NCBI RefSeq assembly: GCF_002087085.1
Contig: NZ_MWQY01000003.1
Span: forward strand, 124,001 to 188,000
Reading direction: 5' to 3'
DNA: 64,000 bases
This document shows positions 27,165 through 35,654 of this stretch, one piece after another (position 1 is the first letter of the stretch; each line of letters begins with the position of its first letter). The notes under the pieces are model-generated. The model made no database searches. It was given only the letters and a program-made list of their open reading frames with translations, and was not told the origin of the DNA. Made by a program: the position numbers and the translations under genes.

Positions 27165-29051
27165 ATGCAAAAATATGAGGAGCTGCTTCGAAAAGCTGTT
27201 GAGGCTGGGAAACGGCGGGATTACAGTGAATCCATCCGCCTCCTTACAAGAATAGTGACCGAATTCGAGGGCCTTCCCGATGCCTATCTGTACCTCGGCA
27301 GGAGCTATCATGCCCTGAAGGATTACAACAAGGCGGTCATATTTCTCTCCTATTACCGCCGTAAGAAACCCCGATCCTCCGCCGGAGACTTCTTTCTTGG
27401 CCGGGCATATCTTGCAGCGGGGGCCAGCTCCCGGGCAATTCCCCTTCTCAAGCGGGCAAGCCGCCATTCCTCCAACATCAAACCCCTCATTCTTCTTGGT
27501 ATGGCCTATCTCAGGGCCAGGAGGTTTGAAGAAGCGGTACACTACCTGGGCCAGGCTGTTGAAAAAGCCCCTGACAACCGTAGACTCTACGTGGGATACC
27601 TGAACGCGCTTCTGATTTACGGCTTGCGCCGATTCAATGCCGAAGACCTGGAGACCGCCGGGCAGGTCCTTGAGTTCCTGGAAGGTCTGGACCTGAATTC
27701 GGTAACCGTTTACCTCTATCTTGCCAAAATTCTTCGTGAACAGGGAGAGCATGCCAGAGCTGTGGAATACTACCGAAAAGCGGCCGAACTTGAGCAGAAC
27801 GACGAACTTATCAGGCTGCAGCTGGCAGACTCTCTTTTCTCCTGCGGCAGGGTCGACGAGGCACGGGATATCCTGCGGGAAATCCGGCACATTCTCCCCG
27901 AGGGAGAAGGCTTCAGCCTGGGACAGGAGAACGTGGAGCCCCTGCTGGCGGTAAAGAACTTTCAGAACCAGGATTTCCGCAAAGCCGTTTTTCACGGCTG
28001 CCGATCTCTGAAGATTCGCCGGGATGCTGACATGCATCTCCTTGTCGGGGAGGCCTACCGTAACACAGGAAATCTTGATCTGGCGGAAAACCATTTCAAT
28101 CAGGTCCTCAAGGGCAACCCCGGCTCAGGCGAAGCCCGCATGGGCCTTGCCATGATAGCCTGGCAGCGAGGTAACTGGACCCAGGTAATCAGCCGTCTTG
28201 AGGGACTTGTCGGAAACAGCCAGTACGGCGATCTCGCCGGATACTACATTACCTTGAGCCGCTGCCGTCTTGACTATCCAGCCGGGGAACTTCTGGATGA
28301 GGTCAGAGAAGAGGTGCGGAGGAGCGGCCCTGATCCGTACATTCTCTGCGCGCTGGCTGACCAGTATATACGGGCAGGACATACAGACCTGGCGGTAAAA
28401 TGGTACCGGAAGGCTTTGATCCTCAACGAAAACCACACCCCCGCCATGGAGGGTCTGATTACATGTTTCCAGAATTCCGGCGACACCGGGGAACTGATTG
28501 CCCTGTACAGGGAAATCCTCGACCGGGAACCCGACAATCGTGAGCTGCGGGTACAGCTCATTGACCTGCTATACACTGATCAGCACTATGCACAGGCTGC
28601 CCAGGAGGCGGAATTCCTTCTTGGAACCGGCAATCTTGATGTCCGTCTGCAGCGGCTTCTTGCCATCTGCTATAGAAAGACCAGACGTTATCGGGACGCG
28701 GCAATCATTTATCGGGAGCTTCTGAGGGAAGAGCCGGAAAATGAGGTATTCCTCCGGTCCCTGCTCTTTTCCCTTGACAAGTGCAGACGACGCAAGCAGG
28801 CGATCCAGCTGCTTGAAGGCGCCCTGTCATACCTGAAAAAGCCCAGTTCCTCCCTGAAACTGATTCATGGTGTGCTTCTTCACAAGGAAGGTGATACGGA
28901 AGCCGCCATGACGGCCTTCAGATCAGCAATGGAACTCGATCCCCGGGATTGGCGGCCTTACCATAATATCGGTAAAATATATAAAGACCGGGGATTGAGC
29001 TCTTTTGCGGATAAATTCATCAAAAAAGCGCAGGAGCTGAAAGAATTATAA
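27165..29051 (+). CDS. Tetratricopeptide repeat protein
   Basis: Tandem TPR patterns (LG..Y.....Y..A) throughout. Confidence 0.9.
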   Translation: MQKYEELLRKAVEAGKRRDYSESIRLLTRIVTEFEGLPDAYLYLGRSYHALKDYNKAVIFLSYYRRKKPRSSAGDFFLGRAYLAAGASSRAIPLLKRASRHSSNIKPLILLGMAYLRARRFEEAVHYLGQAVEKAPDNRRLYVGYLNALLIYGLRRFNAEDLETAGQVLEFLEGLDLNSVTVYLYLAKILREQGEHARAVEYYRKAAELEQNDELIRLQLADSLFSCGRVDEARDILREIRHILPEGEGFSLGQENVEPLLAVKNFQNQDFRKAVFHGCRSLKIRRDADMHLLVGEAYRNTGNLDLAENHFNQVLKGNPGSGEARMGLAMIAWQRGNWTQVISRLEGLVGNSQYGDLAGYYITLSRCRLDYPAGELLDEVREEVRRSGPDPYILCALADQYIRAGHTDLAVKWYRKALILNENHTPAMEGLITCFQNSGDTGELIALYREILDREPDNRELRVQLIDLLYTDQHYAQAAQEAEFLLGTGNLDVRLQRLLAICYRKTRRYRDAAIIYRELLREEPENEVFLRSLLFSLDKCRRRKQAIQLLEGALSYLKKPSSSLKLIHGVLLHKEGDTEAAMTAFRSAMELDPRDWRPYHNIGKIYKDRGLSSFADKFIKKAQELKEL

Positions 29052-29104
29052 AAATCAGCTTGATATTTTCCCGGCCATATTTATACTGACACAAGGAGGA
29101 AAAG

Positions 29105-29650
29105 ATGGCGACGAAAGCTTTAGATCTCTTCCAGGCATACGCTGAAGACAAACTCCCCAGAGACGGGGGTTATATTGTATCTTCATTCTTCGACCAGAAT
29201 TCGGCATATTCAAAGTATGAGGTTGTCGCCTACAACGGGGTGAAGAATATCTACCTCTCCGAAGAAGGACTCACCTTCCAGACCGACGGCAACAAGCTGT
29301 TTGTCCTGGTTGAACCTACAAACTACCCTGAAAAGCATGTGGAACCTTATGTCCGCAAAATGGCCTACCAGATTCCCCACCGCTTTAATGAACTTGAGAT
29401 TTTTACCGCAAAGAACCAGACCAAGGTAATGGTCAGCAAGATCCCCACAATGACCTATTCGTCCTTTACCATACTCAGGCCCACGGGAATAAACTTTTCC
29501 CTGCTGATTTTCAATACCCCTGACGTTCTCAATACCATGGAGTACTTTTTTACCGAGACCATAAACAAAGAGGCGGGGGTACCGAAGTCCGATGCGAAAA
29601 AGGCCGCCGCTTACATTGTGGAGGGCATCAAAAGGTTCTCCATTTTTTAG
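29105..29650 (+). CDS. Hypothetical protein (181 aa)
   Basis: AAGGAGG RBS, own promoter-like TTGATA..TATACT, downstream terminator; no family recognised. Confidence 0.85.
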   Translation: MATKALDLFQAYAEDKLPRDGGYIVSSFFDQNSAYSKYEVVAYNGVKNIYLSEEGLTFQTDGNKLFVLVEPTNYPEKHVEPYVRKMAYQIPHRFNELEIFTAKNQTKVMVSKIPTMTYSSFTILRPTGINFSLLIFNTPDVLNTMEYFFTETINKEAGVPKSDAKKAAAYIVEGIKRFSIF

Positions 29651-29675
29651 TCAGGCTCTTCATTAATAGACCAAT

Positions 29676-29706
29676 AAAAAAGCTGCCGTTTCACGGCAGC
29701 TTTTTT
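29676..29706. terminator. Bidirectional intrinsic terminator
   Basis: AAAAAA-GCTGCCGT-TTC-ACGGCAGC-TTTTTT between convergent genes. Confidence 0.92.
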
Positions 29707-29722
29707 GCTTCCTAGTGAATTT

Positions 29723-32377
29723 TCAGCCCGCAGCGGCTTCCTGGCGTTCCAGTTCCAGCTGAGCTACTGCAAGCATGGCAATGGGTACGGAATAAACGGA
29801 ACACGATACATAATCCAGTCCGGCCTCCATGCAGAAACTGATATTCTCAGGTACCGCACCGTGTTCGCCGCAGATACCCTTGCTCAGTCCGGGCCGGGTC
29901 ATGAGACCCCGTCGGACTGCAGTCTGAATCAGTTCCTTTACGTTTTTGTCCAGCTGCTGAAAAGGATTCCCGTTCAGTATGTCGAACTGTGTATAGTCGG
30001 GCATAAAGGAGTTGAAATCATCCCTGGAGAGACCAAGGGAAGTCTGGGTGAGATCGTTTGTACCAAAGGAGAAAAACTCGGCATAACGGGCAATCTCTCC
30101 GGCGCTCAGAGCCGCTGCAGGCAGCTCAATCATGGTACCGATCTTGTACGGCAGCTCTTTACCGCCCTTCTCTTTCCGTATGGCCTCTGCCACGGATGTC
30201 AGACCTTCATAGGTATCTCCCTCGATCTTTTTGCCGTACACAATGAGTTTCAGTTCATCGGCATTCATTATGAGGGGGATCATGATCTCCGGCAGCACCT
30301 TGATCTTTTCGTCCCGCAGGGCATAGGCGGCCTCAAAGATAGCTTCGATCTGCATACGGTAAATCTCAGGATATGATACGGCGATACGACAGCCCCGATG
30401 CCCCAGCATGGGATTAAATTCCCGCAGGGAATCGCAGCGGTATCTGATCTCCTTCTGACTCAGGTCCTGATATTTCTTCTGTCCCTTTATGTATTCCAGA
30501 AAGTATCCCATCTCGGCATCATTGTGGGGCAGAAACTCGTGGAGAGGAGCATCCAGAAGACGGATCGTAACCTCCTTACCGTCCATGGCACGGAAGATGC
30601 CGGAAAAATCCTGAACCTGCATCTTTTTAAGCTTCTTAAGGGCCCCTTCCCTGTCGGATGTATTATCCGAAATGATCAGCTCACGGAAAACGTTAATGCG
30701 CTTCTCATCAAAGAACATGTGTTCCGTCCGGCAGAGTCCGATTCCCTGGGCGCCGAAGCGGACAGCCAGTTCGGCGTCATGGGGATTATCGGCATTGACC
30801 CGGACGTGAAAGTCCTTCGTGAAGTTCTTGACTATATCGATATACTCCAGCAGACCCGAACCCTCGGGAGAGGGTTCGATGAGGGATGCCTTTCCAATAA
30901 AGATCTGGGGGTCCCCGTAATGGGGAACATTCATGGTTATATAGTCCCCCTCTTTTACCGTTACCTTATCGATCACGGCCTTTTTTCCGGTAATACGCAT
31001 TTCCGGCTTTACCAGGGAGACCTTTCCGTACTGCCGGGCAACAACCGAAGCGTGGGCCGAATACCCTCCCTCACTGGAAAGTACACCCGTAGCGACTTCG
31101 ATGGCCTTGACATCCTCGGCGAAGGTCGCCGGCATGCACAGAATAAACTTTGTATCCATGCCTTCCAGCTGAGCGGTCTTATAGGCTTCCAGTAGTCCCT
31201 CGGTTGTAAAATAGACCCTGCCCACAGCCGCACCGGGGGCACCGGAGATTCCTCCGCTGATCTCTTCAAAATCCTTGATGGATTTGATATCCACCACAGG
31301 GTGAAGGATCTCATTCAACTGAGCGGGTTTTATACCCTTTATCAGATATTCCTGATCCACAATCCTGCGATTGTGCAGGTCGAGCAGGGTTTTCAGATCC
31401 GCCTGAGTCGATTTTGTCATCACAGGGCGCTGCTCGATAAGCCAAACCTGCTTGTTTTCTATTGTAAAGCGAATGAAGCGGATCTCTTTAAAATGATCCT
31501 CAACAGTTTTGGCGATCTTTTTCAGATCTTTGAGAAAGCCGCTGCCTATCTCGTTAATGTCCTTTCCTTCAATATCGATGGTGTCGAACTCGTTCTGATT
31601 GTACCAGCCCTGCAGCAGATCTTCACCGCTGACGATATCCCGGGTATAGAAACTGCCCGAGGAGCTGTCCTTACCATAATTACCGTAGACCATGGGCTGC
31701 ACCATAATTGCTGCATCCTCATCATCGAGATCGTCCAGTTTCAGCATCAGACTGATTCGCTGAAGTGCCGTCTGCATCTGGGAAAAGGCTGAAGTAAAAA
31801 ACTCCCTGGGCAGCAGTCCCCGGAATTTGGCAAATGCTGCTTTTAGCTCTTTTGCTCCGGCATCTCCTTCCAGAATCTTTTTCAACTCCCCGATTGCCCT
31901 GTTGAGTTCCTGGCGCTGCTTTTCCTTTTTTTCCAGTTCGGCGATTTTCAGTTCGATCTCCAGAAAACCATGCAGCATAAAAAGAACTTCATGGTATCCG
32001 AAGGTCTCCCCCACGAATCCGCAGAATCCCGGAATGGTATCATCGGTTAAACCAAAATTATGCAGCGTCGGATAATGAACAATCGCCAGGTTCGGACTTA
32101 TTACAATCTTCAGAAGAAGAGGATTATCTGGATCATCAAAACGCTTTTTTACCACATCCTCAAATTTCTTGAGATGGATACCCGCCTCTTTTTTAAAATC
32201 GAAATCTTCCAGATGGGCGGCAATTTCGGCATCAATAATAAAACCAGGCAGAATGGGAAGGTCCAGGGATGCAAACTCAAGGGCCTGCTTTCCCCGCAGT
32301 CCGGATTTTTCCATTACCTGCTCATTCTTCGGTCGTATATTTCGACTAAAATAGTGGATATTTTTGTTGGCAGCCAT
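29723..32377 (-). CDS. Pyruvate phosphate dikinase-like protein with a degenerate nucleotide-binding domain
   Basis: PPDK layout; His442 in GGYSAHASVVAR; GLCRTEHMF, TIRLLD.PLHEF, GTMIE, FSFGTNDLTQ and GICGEHG intact; N-terminal ATP motifs altered. Confidence 0.92.
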   Translation of the reverse strand: MAANKNIHYFSRNIRPKNEQVMEKSGLRGKQALEFASLDLPILPGFIIDAEIAAHLEDFDFKKEAGIHLKKFEDVVKKRFDDPDNPLLLKIVISPNLAIVHYPTLHNFGLTDDTIPGFCGFVGETFGYHEVLFMLHGFLEIELKIAELEKKEKQRQELNRAIGELKKILEGDAGAKELKAAFAKFRGLLPREFFTSAFSQMQTALQRISLMLKLDDLDDEDAAIMVQPMVYGNYGKDSSSGSFYTRDIVSGEDLLQGWYNQNEFDTIDIEGKDINEIGSGFLKDLKKIAKTVEDHFKEIRFIRFTIENKQVWLIEQRPVMTKSTQADLKTLLDLHNRRIVDQEYLIKGIKPAQLNEILHPVVDIKSIKDFEEISGGISGAPGAAVGRVYFTTEGLLEAYKTAQLEGMDTKFILCMPATFAEDVKAIEVATGVLSSEGGYSAHASVVARQYGKVSLVKPEMRITGKKAVIDKVTVKEGDYITMNVPHYGDPQIFIGKASLIEPSPEGSGLLEYIDIVKNFTKDFHVRVNADNPHDAELAVRFGAQGIGLCRTEHMFFDEKRINVFRELIISDNTSDREGALKKLKKMQVQDFSGIFRAMDGKEVTIRLLDAPLHEFLPHNDAEMGYFLEYIKGQKKYQDLSQKEIRYRCDSLREFNPMLGHRGCRIAVSYPEIYRMQIEAIFEAAYALRDEKIKVLPEIMIPLIMNADELKLIVYGKKIEGDTYEGLTSVAEAIRKEKGGKELPYKIGTMIELPAAALSAGEIARYAEFFSFGTNDLTQTSLGLSRDDFNSFMPDYTQFDILNGNPFQQLDKNVKELIQTAVRRGLMTRPGLSKGICGEHGAVPENISFCMEAGLDYVSCSVYSVPIAMLAVAQLELERQEAAAG

Positions 32378-32401
32378 AGGTTCTCCCCTTTCAGCTCATT
32401 A

Positions 32402-33409
32402 TTAGAACAGATTCAGCACGGTATTTACCGGGAACCGCAGAAAATCTTCGAACCGGGGACTTGCTCCCTGGCGAAGGTAACGCTGCAGTTTCGCCACATC
32501 CTTGATATCTTCTCCAGCAACAGCGAAAACGATGGTGCTACCGTGTTTGACCTTTCCCCATTTGAAAAGGGCGGCTATATCGTGAATTCTCTCGCCTTCA
32601 TAGAATATATATACCTCGAGACCAGGATGTTTCGCCTGATAACTCTGAATAATCCGTTTCCAGGCCTCAACATTACCATTGTGAAAGAGCTCATTACTGA
32701 CGGGGACAGAGTAGAAAGGCGTCATGCGCTTTTTACCGCCTCCGCTTTCTCTGGCGGGGGTTGGTGCCGTCGCGGCAGTGTCTTTCTGACCTGTCGGTTT
32801 TCTGGCTGTACTGGTTTTCTTTTTTCGTACAGCGGGCTTTTTCGGTTCCTTGATTTCTTTAGGCGGAGAATACTTGAAGGATCCCTTTGTCAGCAGTGCC
32901 GGGGGCTTACCCGGAGAACCATTCAGGTATTTAATGAATGTCTCGACGGCTTTGTCCGCCGTCTGCTGATCGACTCCCCTGTCCATCCCGCCGGCATATA
33001 TTGTTACAATCTCGTTCTTTCTTAGGGTTCCAACGGAGTCCCAGTGGGAACGGTTTTTCGGGTTTACAATCAGATAGCCAAGCTCGGGATGGATATAGGT
33101 CATAACCAGATCCACGGCGTTCCATCCGGCGACAGCTTCATGGATCTCGTCAAAAGCTTCCACAGTATCCTTCAGATTGCATGAATCACAGGCATAGGCG
33201 TATTTGTCCACCAGCAGAGCATAAACAATCGGGCCCAGCTGATTCTGATTCAGAGTATTTTCACCGAGCATCTGATTCAACTGATCGGCAAGATTGTTCT
33301 TCTGTTGAATTTCCGGAATTATATTGGCGACGGCCTGAAAATGTCCCAGGGAAGAATTGAACCCCTCCCGGGTAAAGAAATGTTCGTAAGCGTAGGGTAA
33401 TGTTCCCAT
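32402..33409 (-). CDS. Protein with a novel N-terminal domain, basic linker and C-terminal HPr-like domain
   Basis: Residues ~229-315 align by eye with HPr (V.V.N..FH, ALFK, G..I.....GED). Confidence 0.75.
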   Translation of the reverse strand: MGTLPYAYEHFFTREGFNSSLGHFQAVANIIPEIQQKNNLADQLNQMLGENTLNQNQLGPIVYALLVDKYAYACDSCNLKDTVEAFDEIHEAVAGWNAVDLVMTYIHPELGYLIVNPKNRSHWDSVGTLRKNEIVTIYAGGMDRGVDQQTADKAVETFIKYLNGSPGKPPALLTKGSFKYSPPKEIKEPKKPAVRKKKTSTARKPTGQKDTAATAPTPARESGGGKKRMTPFYSVPVSNELFHNGNVEAWKRIIQSYQAKHPGLEVYIFYEGERIHDIAALFKWGKVKHGSTIVFAVAGEDIKDVAKLQRYLRQGASPRFEDFLRFPVNTVLNLF

Positions 33410-33431
33410 CTTTTGTCCTCTCGCGCAGTTG

Positions 33432-33461
33432 AAAAAAGAGACCCCCTCACGAGGAGGGGGT
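33432..33461 (-). terminator. Terminator/attenuator hairpin after cfpA
   Basis: ACCCCCTC-CTCGT-GAGGGGGT followed by CTCTTTTTT on the minus strand. Confidence 0.7.
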
Positions 33462-33473
33462 ACAACAAACCGC

Positions 33474-35516
33474 TTAGATAGTGGTTAGTCCGGAATCTTT
33501 GGATTTACTTTTTCGAGGGCGTCCTCGCCTGCTCTTTTTCTTCGCGGGAGCGTCCACAACACCTTTGGACTTGGCCTTGCTCTTGGGCTTGGCGGAAGAC
33601 TCCGGAGTCGAGGCTGGCTCAGTATCCGTATTCAGCATATCGAGATACGCCATACCGCCCCCGGCTTCTGCAGCTTCTTCTTCAGCTGAAGAGGAGAAAT
33701 GCATGTCAATATCTTCCCGTACCGTGGATCTTCTGCGGGAGAACGCGGCAAACGCGGCATCCTGGAATCCCTTGGACACACCATGGAGGAATTCATTCAG
33801 AACGTTGGCCATGCCATCCAGGGTAGCCTTCTTCCGCTTGATGGAGGTGATGTCAACATCAAGCAGCAGACCGGGCTGAATATGGTAAGGGTTGATCATG
33901 TAGTCAAACTTGTTGAATTCCCGTTCCAGGAACTGCAGACGGTCTTCCATGACCCGACGCTGCACGGGATACCGGAATCCGTACATATCCTGAAGCTTCT
34001 GCTTCATCAGGATCAGCCGGTTCTTGATCTTGTCCTTCTCGAAGATATAGGTCCGGTTCATCTTCTCAACCTGGGTCTCCGCAGGCTGTACGAAGGAGAT
34101 CTCGTCCCAGCTCTTTTCGATATCTTCGTAGACGGGATCGCCGGTCTTCGCCTTGATTTTCTTGCGGATCTTGTTCTTGTAAATCGCAGCAAGATCATTG
34201 AAATCGGAGATACGTTTCCAGAATTTGGTGTCTTCATAGACCATATCCAGAACGTCCCAGATGTGCTGAACCTCGACCTCCAGGGATTTGATCATAACAT
34301 CGTAGGCTTTACGCTCTTCGATGAGCTGAGCATTGTCGTAATACTTCATCTTGATCTGATACCGTTCGTCGGGCAGGTTGTTGGCGTCGGTATCTTCGTA
34401 CTCCCGGATGATCAGCTCCCGGGTATTCTTGAGGTTCTCGATATACTGATACCCCATCTTGGAGGTATCGAGGATAGAGGTAATCGAGTTGATGGCAGTA
34501 TTGTAACCGCGGTTCCGTATGTTCTCGATGTCGATGATCTCTTTCAGGTTTTCCCGGATATTCAGCTGGTCAAAGGATTCGGGATCGATCTCTGCGCGAA
34601 GACCTTCGATCCTTTCCATCAGACTCTTCGCGAAATAGCGGTACCGGTTCGACTTGGGGTTTTCCTTGTCGTCGGATGTGTGATTCTCCACCCGCTTCAT
34701 TTTTTCGAAGATGATCTCGGAATCATTCAGTTCATCCAGACCTTCATCGATACGCTGATCCTTGATCTGCTCGATTTCCTTGTCGATATTGTCCATAATA
34801 TGCTTGGAAATCAGATCCTTGATCAGGTATTCAACAGTTACCTGGTAGTGAAAAATCGGGCTGATGAGTTCAGAATCGAGGATATTGACGGACAGTTTGA
34901 CGTCCGAAACGGTCTTCGGTTTGTAAATGTTGTCCTTGAAGGCACATTTGACAACGGAATAAGCGTTTTCACCCCGAATGAACGCACCCACATCGGTCTT
35001 CTGACGCAGCAGTGAGTTGGTCAGGTTTTCCAGGTCGTTGACACCCCGCTGGACGTGGCCCTGCAGGTGTCCGTACATATTGACGATGGATTTCTCGATT
35101 TCTCCGGTATTGAACCTGTCGGTACCTCCCACTTCGTCAAGGAGGGCTGCAATCTCCTTCGGCGTGTAGCGGGTAAGAACCTTCATCTCCTCCCGGTCGA
35201 TGAAATTCCTGACCTTTTTAACCATTTCGTCTTCGGTGGTGACGATATAACGGTTAAACATATTCTGGTAGTTCTGGTTGAAGTAGTTGTAAACCTTTTC
35301 CTTCAGCCCGCCCATTACATCGAGCCGTTCCAGAACCTCTTTCGGCAGTTTCGAGGTTACGTGGTTGATAACCTTATCGACTTCTTCCTCGAGAAGTCGG
35401 TCTACTTCGGCCTGTTGATCCCGGCTTTCCTGGGCGAGAGAGTTTCGTGAACCCACCGCGCTTCTCTTTTCCGGGTGAAACACCATCGGACTTTTAGGTA
35501 GATCTATGCTTCCCAT
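33474..35516 (-). CDS. cfpA: Cytoplasmic filament protein A
   Basis: N-terminus [23 protein letters not shown] matches treponemal CfpA as I recall it; 680 aa, helical/coiled-coil; AAGGAG RBS. Confidence 0.93.
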   Translation of the reverse strand: MGSIDLPKSPMVFHPEKRSAVGSRNSLAQESRDQQAEVDRLLEEEVDKVINHVTSKLPKEVLERLDVMGGLKEKVYNYFNQNYQNMFNRYIVTTEDEMVKKVRNFIDREEMKVLTRYTPKEIAALLDEVGGTDRFNTGEIEKSIVNMYGHLQGHVQRGVNDLENLTNSLLRQKTDVGAFIRGENAYSVVKCAFKDNIYKPKTVSDVKLSVNILDSELISPIFHYQVTVEYLIKDLISKHIMDNIDKEIEQIKDQRIDEGLDELNDSEIIFEKMKRVENHTSDDKENPKSNRYRYFAKSLMERIEGLRAEIDPESFDQLNIRENLKEIIDIENIRNRGYNTAINSITSILDTSKMGYQYIENLKNTRELIIREYEDTDANNLPDERYQIKMKYYDNAQLIEERKAYDVMIKSLEVEVQHIWDVLDMVYEDTKFWKRISDFNDLAAIYKNKIRKKIKAKTGDPVYEDIEKSWDEISFVQPAETQVEKMNRTYIFEKDKIKNRLILMKQKLQDMYGFRYPVQRRVMEDRLQFLEREFNKFDYMINPYHIQPGLLLDVDITSIKRKKATLDGMANVLNEFLHGVSKGFQDAAFAAFSRRRSTVREDIDMHFSSSAEEEAAEAGGGMAYLDMLNTDTEPASTPESSAKPKSKAKSKGVVDAPAKKKSRRGRPRKSKSKDSGLTTI

Positions 35517-35546
35517 GGGACTCTCCTTACATCATTGTTCTCTATA

Positions 35547-35604
35547 AGATTATCAACATGCTATCGGAAATATCAAGCACGTTTTTTTTTTTTTTGTTTT
35601 TTTT
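35547..35604 (-). promoter_or_regulatory. cfpA promoter with an A-tract UP element
   Basis: Minus strand A8-C-A14, then TTGATA, 18 nt, extended TG-n-TAATCT. Confidence 0.6.
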
Positions 35605-35654
35605 CGCTATGTTTAAGATTCAGCGCGTGATAGTATTGAAAAAAAGAGAGTAAG

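Noticed and set aside
33699..35015. 438-aa plus-strand ORF
   Set aside because: Antisense shadow of the codon-biased cfpA gene with no recognisable motifs; the same applies to 30398-31195, 59855-60796 and similar track ORFs.
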